Shown one piece after another: positions 11,531 to 24,600 of a stretch of 64,000 nucleotides of DNA; the stretch's first letter is position 1; each line of letters opens with the position of its first letter. The notes beneath the pieces were generated by a model. That model saw nothing but the letters and a program-made list of their open reading frames with translations. It was not told the origin of the DNA and made no database searches. The stretch lies in assembly GCA_964234715.1 (NCBI GenBank), contig OZ174276.1; one strand, 5' to 3'. Both the position numbers and the translations under genes were made by a program. This stretch comes from Podarcis melisellensis. Its lineage: Eukaryota.

Positions 11531-13608
11531 AAAAATAAATTCTGATACGCAAGACTACATTGAATGTACATAATTTAGTATTCTGCAAAGGAGGTTCTTG
11601 AAATATGCTATGCCTGGTCTCCTCAAATTAAAGGAGGGAACCCACCCTGTTTCTGTCCAGGCTATCTTTATTTGTCCTCGGTCCACACAGAAAATGAAAA
11701 CATCACTCAGCAAGTGCCCAACTGTTGTACTTGATTCCCTCCTGCATTACATGTCTATTTTCTGTGTGAGAGCACAGGGGAAGACTGCCAAGTTGTCTTC
11801 ACTGTTTGATAGCCTCTCCTGACATTGCATTGCATTCCTGACAAATTGGAGATATCACAAATCTTTTCAGATTTTGATAGCAGCGCTCTAAGGAGGTTAA
11901 GACGAGAGCAGATTGGATTAAGCAGGCAAAATGTTTGTGCCCCGTTAAATACTTATTGCACTATGCCAATAAAGGCTGAATGGGCAGGTGAAAAAAGAGA
12001 TACGTTTACAATATAATGCGCAACTACGATAAGAGCCGAAGTTTCATTCTTAAATAGGGCTCAAAGCCCCCAAATATTAATGGCAAGTTCACACAAGAAT
12101 ATCATTTTCTGGAGTTCAGGTGTAAAGCAAATCTGACTATATTCTTGTGACAAAATGTTTTTTGCAGGTAAGTGGAGGCAGATTTCCAAAATGGACAGCA
12201 TCAAAAAAATCCTCCAGTGTTTCCACCGCTGCTAAGAGTATGCAAAATAAAATTCTGAAACTGGCATCCTTAACTGTTTGCAGAGTTGTATGCATTGTTC
12301 CTTTAAATTAAAAATGTAAGGCTCTCTTCTCTGCTGACTCAAGCCTACTAGGTCTCAAAGGACTGAGCTATATGTGAGAGACAGACCATCTCTCTCGACA
12401 GATTAATATTTCACACTAATCTTTCCCCAGCTGACATCTGTAGACGGAAAGTCCCCCCAAATTTTCTCATCCCTGGTGAGAGCAATCTTGAGTCACGCTG
12501 AAAATGGCAGTATAGGTGAACAGCACAAATTTGCTCTTATTCACTGGCCAACCAAGCTGCAGAAAGAGTAGAAATGTCAATTCTAACCACAGCTATGCAA
12601 AATTAAGGGGCCACTTCAGCAAGATACAGGGAATTCAAATATCCTCTGTCATTAAACAATAAAGCCCACGGCCTGACTGCCGCCTCGTAAATGAATAAAG
12701 AGTTATAAATAAGCAAGATGCGCTTTCAGTACAGCACTGAATATATATGCTGATGAAACGTGAGTCCAATGTATATGAAGGGAAAGAAGCTGTAAGTGTA
12801 AAAGAGGCCACACATAAAAAAGCATTGCAGAAACATGACAGGATATGAATAAACAATCATTTATGGGGCCCCATAAAACCAAAGGATACTGAAACTCTTT
12901 AGGTGCCTTGTGAATGTGAAGGGGATACAGCAGACTCTTGCAGATCACAAGCTAATTTGCTGGAAACCCCAGCAGTATTAGACACCTATCAAACTCTGAC
13001 GCTGCTCTTTGGAGAAGGTGAAAATGCTGGCATTTCGCCTGCAACTCCATCTCTTGTAAACAAGCTGCCGCATCCATCTAAACTCTACTGGAAGGAAGAA
13101 AAGCCTGGCTATGTTCAGCAGCATATGTTCAACGTCTTTGAGCAATTCGTTTTATCTCGAATATTTTGCTTTTGGTGGGGCATGCCATTTCTGACTGTCC
13201 AAAAGCTCTGCTACTAGCATTCAGTGTTAGCAAGCTTCCTTGGTAGACACATGTTTCACATACGCACCCCCCACCTACCCCCGGAATCTCACCTTTAGAC
13301 AGCAGCAATAGAATTACATGTGCAGATTTACTTACATTTATGCACAGATCTTAACATGGGGATAAGGATTACTGAGCACGCACACACAATCAAAATATGC
13401 ACATGCTTCGAATGTCAGTGGGGAATAGCTCAGCTACAACATGCACATTTCCTGGGTTAGGGAGAATTAGCTAATTAATTCTAACCACTACTAAACTAAT
13501 GCACCCACGCAACATACGTGCAAAGAGGAGCATGTACACAGGACGCAAGAGGAGATGGGGTTGGAGGGCAAGTGTCCTGCTGCTGAGAGAGACACATTAG
13601 TCTTCTCC

Positions 13609-13611
<3 letters not shown>

Positions 13612-13670
<59 letters not shown>
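13612..13670. repeat. Compound (TG)n(TCTG)n microsatellite
   Basis: Seen directly. Confidence 0.95.
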
Positions 13671-13868
13671 AACTCTCTCGGCTCACATTAAAAACCAGAC
13701 CTTGGTGATGCAAAGTGGCATGAATGTAGTGAAAAGCTGACTAAAATACCTGTTGAAAACACAGGCACACAATAGGAAGAAGGGGCTACAATTTGTAGGG
13801 AAAGCACCTGCCACCCCAGGAAAACAATATAACTGGAGCACACTGAAACTCCTGGGTTAGTCAGGAAA

Positions 13869-13931
13869 CAGTCAGGAGCAGAGAACAGCCTTGTTCATTC
13901 AGATATTCCATGGCAGTGATCCTTGTGTGGC
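13869..13931 (-). repeat. Intronic partial duplicate of RPTOR exon 27 (source 10479-10541)
   Basis: 58/63 identity by direct comparison, same orientation, no splice sites; flanked by imperfect direct repeats. Confidence 0.93.
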
Positions 13932-14275
13932 TCCTAAATTCCTGGGTTAGGAAACAGTGGGACAACCACAAATCATACTGGCAATATCGGAGCAGAGTGT
14001 CTCCCAGACTCTTGTAACTAGCAGCCTGCTGACTTCACATGCATGTGCTTTGCCCAAGGAGAAAAAGACTAACTCTCAAAAGCAAACAACCCCATTACAA
14101 CAAAACAAGCTGAAGTTGTGAGCAGAAGCTCACACTAAAGAGGTCAACACTGGCCAAACAAATGGTTTATGAACAGTGTTCTTCTTCATGGCCCCATGTA
14201 AAGAGTGGATAAGCATTCTCCTTGGTGCCAGGAGACGTATAAAGTGGGGTGGGTAAGGGAGAAAAAGTTGACCAC

Positions 14276-14381
14276 CTTTTTGGATGATTTTCTGTGCTTG
14301 CTTTCGAACTCTGGCATTGCGCAGAAACCGCCACTCCCTTTCTTTGCGGACCTGGCTCTCCAAATCATGTTCTTCTGGAAT
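14276..14381 (-). CDS. RPTOR: RPTOR coding exon (~exon 25), 106 nt, IPEEHDLESQVRKEREWRFLRNARVRKQAQKIIQK
   Basis: Acceptor tggcag, donor gtggtc (weak); overlaps ORF 14130..14453. Confidence 0.96.
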
Positions 14382-16409
14382 CTGCCAATTAAATAATAAT
14401 AAAAAAATGAATACAACAGGAGAATGGCAAAGAAAGGCTTCTTGCGATTCCAAATGCCTGCTAATTTCAACCAGAATAGGGACCCTTCAGCCCATGCAAT
14501 CTGACCAAAACCAGCAAGGGGCAGATGAGGTTTTTCTGTTCTTATACACTTCATTACCTTCTGAAATGCACATCATCCACCACTGGGCCCCAGGGCTATC
14601 AAGTGATCAAAACCTCAGTTGTTTCTTTTAACCAATTAAAATAAATATGATAAAATGTCTACACAGGCAATCTAATGCAGATAATTTTTCATTGACAAAT
14701 GACAGGGAATTCAACTGGAATGCACTGCTTGAATGCAGATGTATACATAGATCAATTGCAAAAATGATATTGGCAATGAAATCCACTCACTCGGGACATT
14801 TATTTTAAAATGCACATTTTAAGCCTATGGCTGATAAACCGTATCCGTTATTTGACAAATATTCCAAAACCTATTCTTTACTCACTCTTTTGAAAAGGTC
14901 TATTTGTTTTTGTCTTGTCTCATTCAGGCTACAAGTTCTCACAGAAAGCAAATGAATACCCCATTTTCTTAAACAGCAACGTAAATTTATGAAGCTCATA
15001 TAAATGGCTTGTCACAGCAGATATATTTGAATCTTGTGGCTGCTGTTACGAACCCGCAAGCTCATCCCTAGTACAGGACCATTTTTACACTTGTCTCCAA
15101 GGCTTTCTTCTGTTTAGATGGAAGGAGTGCAACTTCTGCATAATTCCTTATGAATAAAAGGCTCCATAAAGTATGTGGCAGGGAAGTGTAAACACAGAAG
15201 GTATAATTCAAAATTGGAGACAACATGTGGAGATCCTGTACTTCTTCCTGTCAAGGGCCTGAGCAGCTAGGGGATCGTAAAGATTCTGCCCCGTTATTTA
15301 AGGAAGCAAGAACACTCAATTGCAAGAAGTTGATGCTGCTCATATTTTGGGAATGGCTGCTGAAAACAATTAGGCAGAAGTGTAACGGCATGAAAATGTA
15401 CATATTAAATGTCAAATGTGAGTTGGCTTTCTGTGCAGAGAAAGGTGTACTTTGGATTTTCAGAGCCAGGCCTGCAGTTTTCAAACCAAGCACTCACTCA
15501 GCTCAGCTGTTTTGCTTTCATGACGACATCCTTTGAAATTATTATTCATGCCATGATGAAAATTCTGCTGATATAAAACAGTGCTGCTAATCAGTTGGTA
15601 CTGTAGCCTGAGAGACCAGGCATTGGTTACCACTGAGAAAAGGGGCATGGTAGCTGTTAAATTTGTTCTAGACCAATAGGAATTCAAGGAAGAACATTTC
15701 TTTTAGATTGGTTATCAGAACCTCCCAGTTCACAACAGAAAGACATATCAATAAAGACTGAAAGGGCACACTTAGTCCCTATCAGTCCAGAAAAAAAAGT
15801 ATGCCAAATAATATTGCCATGCAAAAACAATTTGCAGCAGCCCAACCTCTGGAAACAAATCACAACAAGATTACAAAGCTAGACAGCATTTATTTTATTA
15901 TTTTAAAAATAATAATTCTCCCTCACTCTCCCCAGTAGTTTTCTTTGGCAACAATCCAAGGTTTGTTAGATGGAACATGAGAAATGAACAGCAATGTACA
16001 GCAATAAGCAAACCCAATATAAAATACATTTAAGTATATTCAAGTGGAGAGAGATACTTTGATAAAAATGTCATTTCAAAGGAATAAATTGGAAGAAAAT
16101 CTTAAAGGACTCTGTATCAAGAAAAGAAGACAAGGGGCATGTACAGAATCTAAACATTACCAGTTGGCATCTAGCATGGCTTTTGTAAGTATGGATTAGG
16201 AAATGCTTGGAGTTAGACTGTGCATATCAGAAGCTGGCTGCACCAAAGTGCCTTCAGCACATTTGTTGTGTTGGCCTATGGTGCCAAATATGTTCTTGAG
16301 CGTTGGCCTTTGTTTCACCTTATCTGTTCTACCATGCCAAATTATGAAAAGGAAGAGCTACATGGTTTTCTCTATATGGTTATTATATGAGGCAGTATCA
16401 CATACATAA

Positions 16410-16770
16410 GGGACGCGGGTGGCGCTGTGGGTAAAACCTCAGCGCCTAGGGCTTGCCGATTGCATGGTTGGCGGTTCGAATCCCCGTGGCGGGGTGAGCA
16501 CCCGTCTTTCGGTCCCAGCTCCTGCCCACCTAGCAGTTCAAAAGCACCCCTAAGTGCAAGTAGATAAATAGGTACTGCTCCGGCAGGAAGGTAAACGGCG
16601 TTTCCGTGTGCTGCGCTGGTGCCAGCTCGTCAGAGCAGCTTTGTCACGCTGGCCACGTGACCCGGAAGTGTCTCCGGACAGCGCTGGCCCACGGCCTCTT
16701 AAGTGAGATGGGCGCACGACCCTAGAGTCGGACACGACTGGCCCATACGGGCAGGGGTACCTTTACCTTT
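16410..16770 (+). mobile_element. Sauria SINE (longer subfamily), full length
   Basis: tRNA-like head GGGACGCGGGTGGCGCTGTGG...GGTTCGAATCC, (ACCTTT)n tail, 14-bp TSD tatcacatacataa. Confidence 0.93.
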
Positions 16771-17639
16771 ATCACATACATAAACAGACAATAGGTTGCA
16801 TCCAATGAAGTTGTTCCTTTACTGCAAGGAATTTGGAGCAGAGAATGTCTTCATTTTATGCCGGAAACCAGATGAGGACCAGGGCATTAGCTTCCTGATC
16901 ACAAGCTTCCATACTGAGCAATGTACCAGAGCAAGCTGATATACTTTGTCACTTTGCAATGAAACTTCTCCTTTCTTAACTCCCCCTCCCTGTGTATCCC
17001 CCACTTCTATTCTGGTGGTTCCTCAACTTTCTGGGACGGATTTGGGAAAGGAGGGTGTGTAGAGAGAGGAGAGGGAGGAGAAGTTCTGCTGTACTAGCAG
17101 AACAGGACAGCTTCATTGGGTACAACTCAGTATTTTGGGCCTCATACTCTGGTGAGCTGTAGTGGAATGCGCTGATGAACAGGACTGACCCACAACATTT
17201 TTGCACCCGAGGCTAACCATAAAAAGGTGCCCCTATCCCCACCAGGGGAGAAGGGTGGGTGAAGATCTGCATCAGAAACACAGATGGAAGGAAGATCTAC
17301 ATGAATATCTGCTTCCTCTATGGCTCCTGCCACCTGAGACGGTCGCTTCACCCTGCTTCATGGGTAGGCTGGTCCTGCTAGTGAACGATGTTGCTAAAAC
17401 CAAGGCAGTACTTGGTTCTAGAAACTCGAGAGAGGAATGGAATAAACCATCTACACACACATGGGAGCAACCTGAGATCAGTACATGTGCAAATGTCTCA
17501 ATTAGTGGCCAATTATCAGCAAGGGATTAAGAGTGTGATCCGAAATAAGTGATTTAGCAATAACATTAATTCCTTTCCCAGAAATAAGGACTCACTAGAG
17601 CATTTGCATTTTTTCAGCTTAGGTGACTGGGTTACAAAG

Positions 17640-18740
17640 GTGGGGCAGGATGGAGACTTATAAAATTATGCATAGTGTAGAGGAAGTGGAATGAATGATA
17701 CTCCCTCTCTCATAACACTTCAAATTAGAGGTCATCCAATGAAATTGACAGGCACAAGATTAAAGATAAACAAAAGAAAGCACCTTCACATCATGCAATT
17801 CATAATGGCTTCAATGGCTTTATATGCCTGTTGTTTTTGTCCATTGAGTTTTCTTGGCAGGGATACTGGAGTGGCTTGCCGTTTCCTGCTCCAGGTGGAT
17901 CACATTTGGTCAAAACTCTCCACTATGACCTGTCCATCTTGAGTGGCCCTGCACGGCATAGCTCATAGCTTCTCTGAGTTATTCAAGCCCCTTCGCCATG
18001 GCTTAGTATACATACTAGTATACATACTTCCATACATACTTAGTATACATACTTCCATACATAGTAGTAGTGATGTATGGAAGTGAGAGCTGGACCATAA
18101 AGAAGGCTGATCGCCGAAGAATTTATGCTTTTGAATTATGGTGCTGGAGGAGACTCTTGAGAGTCCCATGGACTGCAAGAAAATCAAACCTATCCATTCT
18201 GAAGGAAATCAGCCCTGAGTGCTCACTGGAAGGACAGATCCTGAAGCTGAGGCTCCAATACTTTGGCCACCTCATGAGAAGAGAAGACTCCCTGGAAAAG
18301 ACCCTGATGCTGGGAAAGATGGAGGGCACAAGGAGAAGGGGACGACAGAGGACGAGATGGTTGGACAGTGTTCTCAAAGCTACCAGCATGAGTTTGACCA
18401 AACTGCGGGAGGCAGTGGAAGACAGGAGTGCCTGGTGTGCTCTGGTCCATGGGGTCACAAAGAGTCGGACACGACTAAACGACTAAACAACAACAACAGA
18501 TGGCTTTAAAAAGACAGGACAAATTTATTGAGTGTTAGGACTATTAACAGCCATTAGTAATGAAATCTACTGCGATCTCTACCTCCTGAGGCAGTAAAGG
18601 AATTGTAAACCAGTTTTTGCTGTTGGGGGGCAATCAGTGGAGGATGGCTGTTGCGCTCATGCCATACTTGTGGGCTTCCCAGATGAAGGATGATAGACTA
18701 GATGAACCATTGGCTCAATCCAGCAGGCCTATTCTCACAC
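17640..18740 (+). mobile_element. Degraded CR1-type LINE 3' fragment, interrupted by the Bov-B insertion
   Basis: agaggtcatccaatgaaattg...aaaagaaagcac...atggcttta|aaaagacaggacaaatt resembles CR1 RT 3' ends. Boundaries approximate. Confidence 0.6.
17823..18499 (+). mobile_element. Bov-B (RTE) LINE insertion: 3' ORF end at 18070-18498 plus an inverted upstream segment at ~17829-18000
   Basis: Peptide MYGSESWTIKKADRRRIYAFELWCWRRLLRVPWTAR...RRRGRQRTRWLD is typical of the Bov-B C-terminus; (CAA)n tail; 9-bp TSD atggcttta. Confidence 0.9.
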
Positions 18741-20219
18741 TATGTTTGTTCTCTCCTTGCGGTCATTTTTTTTGACTTTAGAAAAGTCTTTCTATAGTAA
18801 ACAAAAGACAAGCTTTTGTTCTGTTCTATTCATTTCTATGTGGGTCTCCCAGAGGTGTGTGGGTGTCTGGAATAGTGTTACATGATTAGGATCATGACAC
18901 ACTACAGATTTCTAACACCTCTTGGCTTCCACTCAGACAGAAACCAATTACAATTCAGAAGTATCCCACTGAGCAGTGCCATGTGAAAGCCAATGAAGTT
19001 GTTCTCCGCTTTATCCATATCAAGATGGAAACAGTCAGCAAGGGGTTGTGGAAATAAGGACAGAGGATGGATTTTCTCCTTGCAGCAATAAATAATGTTA
19101 TAGGGAGATCTCTGCTGGTTTCACAGTGATGAAACAATTTCCTAAGGGGCTAAATCCTCCATCAGTTGAACAGAGCCAGAGCCACTGTGGAGCTGAGGTG
19201 GGCAACCTGTGGCTATTGAGGCTAGGGTGTGAGTGTATCTTTTTGTTCATATGTTGCCTGCATTAAACATAAAAGATCCTAAAAGTTGCAGTCAGACACA
19301 GGGGCAACACCAATACTGCACTTCCCCGACTTTAAATGTTTTCAGAACTCTTGAGGTGGGAGTGGGGCTGGATTTATGATTACCTGAGTATTGCTGTTAA
19401 GTATCAGTTAAAGCCCTACCAGCAAAACACTACACTCTTTTCTGAAACAAACCTTGTTCTGCTTTTCCATAAATCGAACACTGACTGATGCCAATGATTT
19501 GTAATGCCACCAGTGAGTGCATAGAAGCATAATGCCTATTTCTCAGGGAAAGAATGTTCCCTTCCACACCAAACCTTACAGAAATTAGGTGTACTTGCAG
19601 CCCCTTTCGCATGTATTCCTCACAAGAGCATCTACTCAGTCACCCTGCCTGCTGCATGTGTTTCCTAGCAGAGTCTTGGCATAAGGATCTAGGCTCTCTC
19701 TCCTATCTACATTTAGTTCACATTTCATGGTGTGTGTGTTTAAATGCAGGCAGCTGAAATTCTCAGAAGGCAGCAGGAACAAAACAGGTTTCTTTACTCC
19801 TGAATGTGCCACGTGCAGCATTTTCAGGAGACTATTCCACATAACTCTAGAGAACTATATAGATTGTAAGAATGTCAAGCTCAGCTAGATGAACTATGGA
19901 ATAACCAGGAAAACAGCACAGCTGCAACTGATGGCATATACCAATTTTGCTCCTTGGATATGTGCAGTGCTAGCTTTTGTTTCATAGACACTAATTATTG
20001 TTCAGTGTAGCGTTAGGATTTATTTATTTTTAACTATCTTTGGTGAAGAACACCCTGTAGGATACAGCATGTGCGGTGTCCATGAAACCTCTGTTAACAG
20101 GCTCCCAAATCGACTTTTTATGCAACATGAGCAAAATGCAAAAGATAGTGGTAGGTAGAGAAAGAATCAAGCATAAAGGTATACTGCACATCCCTTGGAT
20201 GGGATTTTTAATACTGGAT

Positions 20220-20330
20220 TCTAGAGGTTTTTAAGCAGAAGTTGAATGGCCAAATGTCATGTATGATCTAGATGAGATTCCAGGACTAGATGACCCTCAG
20301 GGTCCCAACTCTACAGTTCTATGATTCTAT
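20220..20330 (+). mobile_element. CR1 3' terminus fragment
   Basis: ggactagatgaccctc...caactctacagttctatgattctat octamer-repeat tail. Confidence 0.65.
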
Positions 20331-21280
20331 ATGGAATCACAGGTTTTTCCACTGGAAGCACAGGTCTCAAACTCCTCCTAGAAAAGCAGTTTGGGGGAGG
20401 AAGAGTTATGGGGCGGGGAGCAATGGATGGTGAAAGAGTGATGCACTATTGTTCCCCATAACATTTCATTTTTGAATGCCAGGCTGTAACTGTGGCCAGG
20501 TGGCGTTTGGATTCATAGAGTTCACCAGTATTATGTAAAAACTGCCAATACACCTTCCCAAAATTGGATAAGCATTTTCTAATGTTTCCTGAATTAGAGC
20601 CAAACCTTTGCGATGGTATGCTTATATTGCTCGTGATGTCTTGTCATGAACAAGACCTGCCTTTGTGTGTGAGAGAAAGCAAGCAAGCAAGTGGGGATGA
20701 GCAATTGTGTGGTAGGAGAGAAGGGAGAAGAAGAGAGATGGATAGGAGAGTGGAGAAGTAGTGAGTGGACTCATGAGAGATTGTGGGGATGGTGGTGGAA
20801 GGGCAAAGAAAGGAGATGGTTGAGGGAGAGGATTGTGCAGGGGAGGGAAAGATGGGCAGAGACAGTGTGAGGAGCAGATTCACCCTTGATTTGGGCTATT
20901 TGTGTACATGGGTATTTAAAATCAACCACAATGCTGGCTGAAGGTTTCTAAGGTGGCAATCCTAAAACTTACCTGGGAGTAATCCCCACAGAACAGATGG
21001 GGCACACTTTTGAGTACATATGCATAGGAGCAGACTGCAGACCAAATTCTATTTCCAAGAAAGCAAGTCAAATGATGGGACAGCCCTATGAGTATGATCT
21101 GTGAGATATCAATCCACCTGTTTTATTTCAAACATCTCAGCAAAATTCAGTTCCGGGGGAAATGCTATAACTCTTCAATATTAGTGGTGATAGGGAATAT
21201 GAGGTAAAAATGAACACGTTATATAGGATTGCAGTAATTTTAAAATATGGATAAAATTCTCTTACTACCCAAACCCCTTT

Positions 21281-21284
<4 letters not shown>

Positions 21285-21348
<64 letters not shown>
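21285..21348. repeat. Compound (TA)n(CA)n microsatellite
   Basis: Seen directly. Confidence 0.95.
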
Positions 21349-23804
21349 ATGTGCTGGAATGTGCCTCATATCTATGGTAGTAAATAGTTATTGCTGGACA
21401 AATCTCTCTCTAGAACTGTGTTGTAGTTCTCCATTCAGCAACAAGTAATTATTCAAAGCACTCCAAATATTCTTAAACCTCTACTTTAAAAAAAATCAAA
21501 CTGAAGTACTCACACTAAAAACACACACCCTGTGTGCACAGAAAGATGCATTTTGATTGGCCATCTGGAGTGATTTATTAGATTAATAAGGCACCACTCT
21601 GGCGAACAGCTATTCTCAGAAAGTAGATAAATGTTTTTAATAATCATTGGGAGTTAATATATTACCCACTCTGAATGGTAAAATAAAGATAGCATTATCC
21701 TAATTCTTTTATTTTTAAAACATCTACGTACTGTTCTCTAGACTTGGAAACAAGCACATAGAAGTCAGTTTGGCCAAAGTAGTTGGACCAACAGCTTGAA
21801 GCTAATTAGTAATTAAAGTAGTAACATTTCCAAATGTTTCAATGCCTGTATAGCTATGGGTATCAAGAGAAAATTAATTGCATTTGTGCTGTAGTTGATG
21901 AAGTACCAAATATTTTATTACCTGGCAAATTCTCTTGGTGGTTCAATTAAAAAAAACCCCAAAAAAACTGGGGAACTGCAAATCCACCTGTAAAACATGT
22001 TGTGATTAAGAAAAAAAAATTGCTTGAATATAGAGCCAGTTAGTGTTTTGCTTTGATGACCAGTAGGGCTCTTGGGTATACAGAAAAAACATTGACAGAG
22101 ATCTCAGTAACAAGTTTTATGTTGTTGTTTTTTTTAAAAGGGGGGTGTCAGCCATTGTTTCTTTATTCCAAAACCCAGGTGTAACCTGATACCTGCAGCA
22201 CCTAGCAGAAACTAACTCAGTCTGTAATTTCAATCTTGGAATAGAAATGAAATGCTGATCACGTGATTAAAACATGCAGTCTAATTTTTGTACTTTTAAA
22301 TCTTGTTTCCCTTGCCCCCACCTCCCATTTGGATACCACCTAGCCAGATGAAGAGCTAGAACTAAAACTTAGCTCACTAGTTCGTGATATTTTGGCTGGT
22401 GCATATAAATGCTGGTTTTGGAGAAATACATGGATTATTCACATGTCCATTCTGGGCCTCCTGGAGGCACTAAGCGCACACAGGTCTGTTGGGTGTCCGT
22501 GTCTTTGTTACTTCACAAAATATTTCTCCCCCAGAAGGCCCAGTAAGAGCTATGTGTGCTCACTACCAACAAGGTAGGTTACTGTAATGAAAAGAAAAGA
22601 AGCTGGAATAGAGGACTGAAAATGGGATCAGCTAACATAGGCCCTCAGGTACATATCCCCACTCCCGCCCCCCTTTGCTGAACTCTTCTGTACATATCAT
22701 ACCACACAGCTCTGGGATTTGTTGTGTTGAAGCATGAAAATAGAGGGCTTCACACTCACACAACACCCACCTACCCACCATACAACTGTATATGAAGTTT
22801 CAGGGCTAGCTTGGGAAAAAAAGCTCTCTCAACCCTGAGCCTATAAAGTACAGCACTATTCAAAATGCACGGCAATATTTTGTTTAGTTGTTCGCTGCCA
22901 CTTGTTATCTTATTATGCCCTCCTCTGTTTGTTCATTTTTTAGTAAGCATTTTCTGGAGCAGTAGCAGTGGCTGTTCAGTGCCTTACACTGCTGCACTTT
23001 AACATTTTTGAACCCAAGACCGCAGTCACCGATTGCGGACATGAACCAACAGCCTTTGCCGATTTGTGGCTCCACAGAAATTTAGGGGGAAGCTTATCTT
23101 GAACCTGGAGGTTCTATATTGTCATCCATTGATAAGACTCATCCTCCATGAATCTGCCTGTTCAAGTGGTTCTCAAAGCACTGGGGAGGGGGGCACGTTC
23201 AGCGGACCAGTTAATACCACCCCCTGACAACTCAAAGTACATACATAATTCTTATTTTAATAACTGTAGTCTTGCCTATCTAATGCGATGAATGTGCCTG
23301 CTTCTTGCAAGCAAAGTTATATGAATTCATTGCAAGACATATTTCAGCCTTTTTACATTACCCAGCATGCAAGAAACCTATTGTACTGCCTATAGGGAGA
23401 CATTTATTTCTGCTCCCTCTTCAGCTGACAGACTGTGCATAAAATACTGTAGCAGAGTAATTTTGGAAGATATACATGTGTACACACACACATACACACA
23501 CAGGTGCAACACAGGAAGTTGTCATGCCAGTATGAATTGGCATGAATTTCTGGCAACTCATCGCTATGAACACAACCTCTAACTAAGAACCTTACATCCA
23601 GAAACTTGTGCTACTTTGGATGGATGCTCACAATTCAAATTTCAATTGCCTAGTCTAATTCATTAGAACCTTCAGCGTGTCTCCTTAGTTTTGTTCTATA
23701 AATGCATCTGTGATGCATGAGGATATGTTATTATGGGGGCGAGAAGGGTGCTTTTTATGTTCTTGTGATTTTAAAATGAGGCCAAAGAATACCAGCCCTT
23801 GAGT

Positions 23805-24600
23805 TTCCTGAGTTCTAATTCAGATTGCAGAGACCTGATGAAGGGCTTTGACCTTATCAGGTGAAAAGTACTCTTCACACTGCTCAACAAGATAGGATGC
23901 CCATCTAAGCGCCACAAAATGGCCATGTCCTTCCACGAGAACATGTGTGGCACAATCCAGTATGATGCTTCATCCTCAGACACCTTCCCTTTAAAGAGCA
24001 GTATGAAGGAGGGCTGTGTTCTTGCCCCAACTCTCTTTGGCATGTTCTTCCCTCTGTTGCTCTTCTATGCCTTCAGCTTGACAGAAGATGGAGGGGGGGG
24101 GGGGTCTGTTCAATGTGGCATGTCTCCACACCAAGACAAAAGTGTGGCGGGTTCTTATCTGAGAGATGTTGTTTGCAGATGACGAAGACTTGAGGAAGCT
24201 CTGCAGAGACTCATCAAATGTTTTTCCAAGCCTGCATGGAGTTTGGCCTGACCATCGGCCTGACATCTTGGGTCAGGGTCTTGCTAGCACACCATGCACC
24301 AGCATTTCTGACCCCAGGCTTGAGGCGGTAGACAATTTTGTTTAACTGGGCTCCACCATAACCAGCAACCTTTTCCACTGATGCTTTCCACATGCGCTGT
24401 ATCAGGAAGAGCCAGGGGTACCACATGGCAGGACAGTCTCAAAGATGTGTTGTTCCAAGGTTACCTTCCCAGCATGTTCACACTTCTGTCTCAGTGATGT
24501 CTACACTAGATTGGTAATGTCCACAGATGAAAGATGGCAGGACCCCCAATTCTATGGGGAATTGGCTTCAGGCACCAGGGCCATTGGTAGACCAACTCTG
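23805..24600 (+). mobile_element. Degraded RTE-clade LINE reverse transcriptase fragment
   Basis: DLxKxFD-like and (G/S)xK(Q/E)GCVLAPTLF motifs (ORF 23919..24182), LFAD-like motif, frameshifts and deletions. Confidence 0.8.

Noticed and set aside
18003-18070. Short repeat array (tagtatacatac) that superficially resembles a repeat-spacer array
   Set aside because: Vertebrate DNA with no unique spacers; explained as retrotransposon junction filler.
18070-18486. 138-aa ORF as a possible host gene
   Set aside because: C-terminal fragment of the Bov-B ORF lacking the RT and endonuclease cores.
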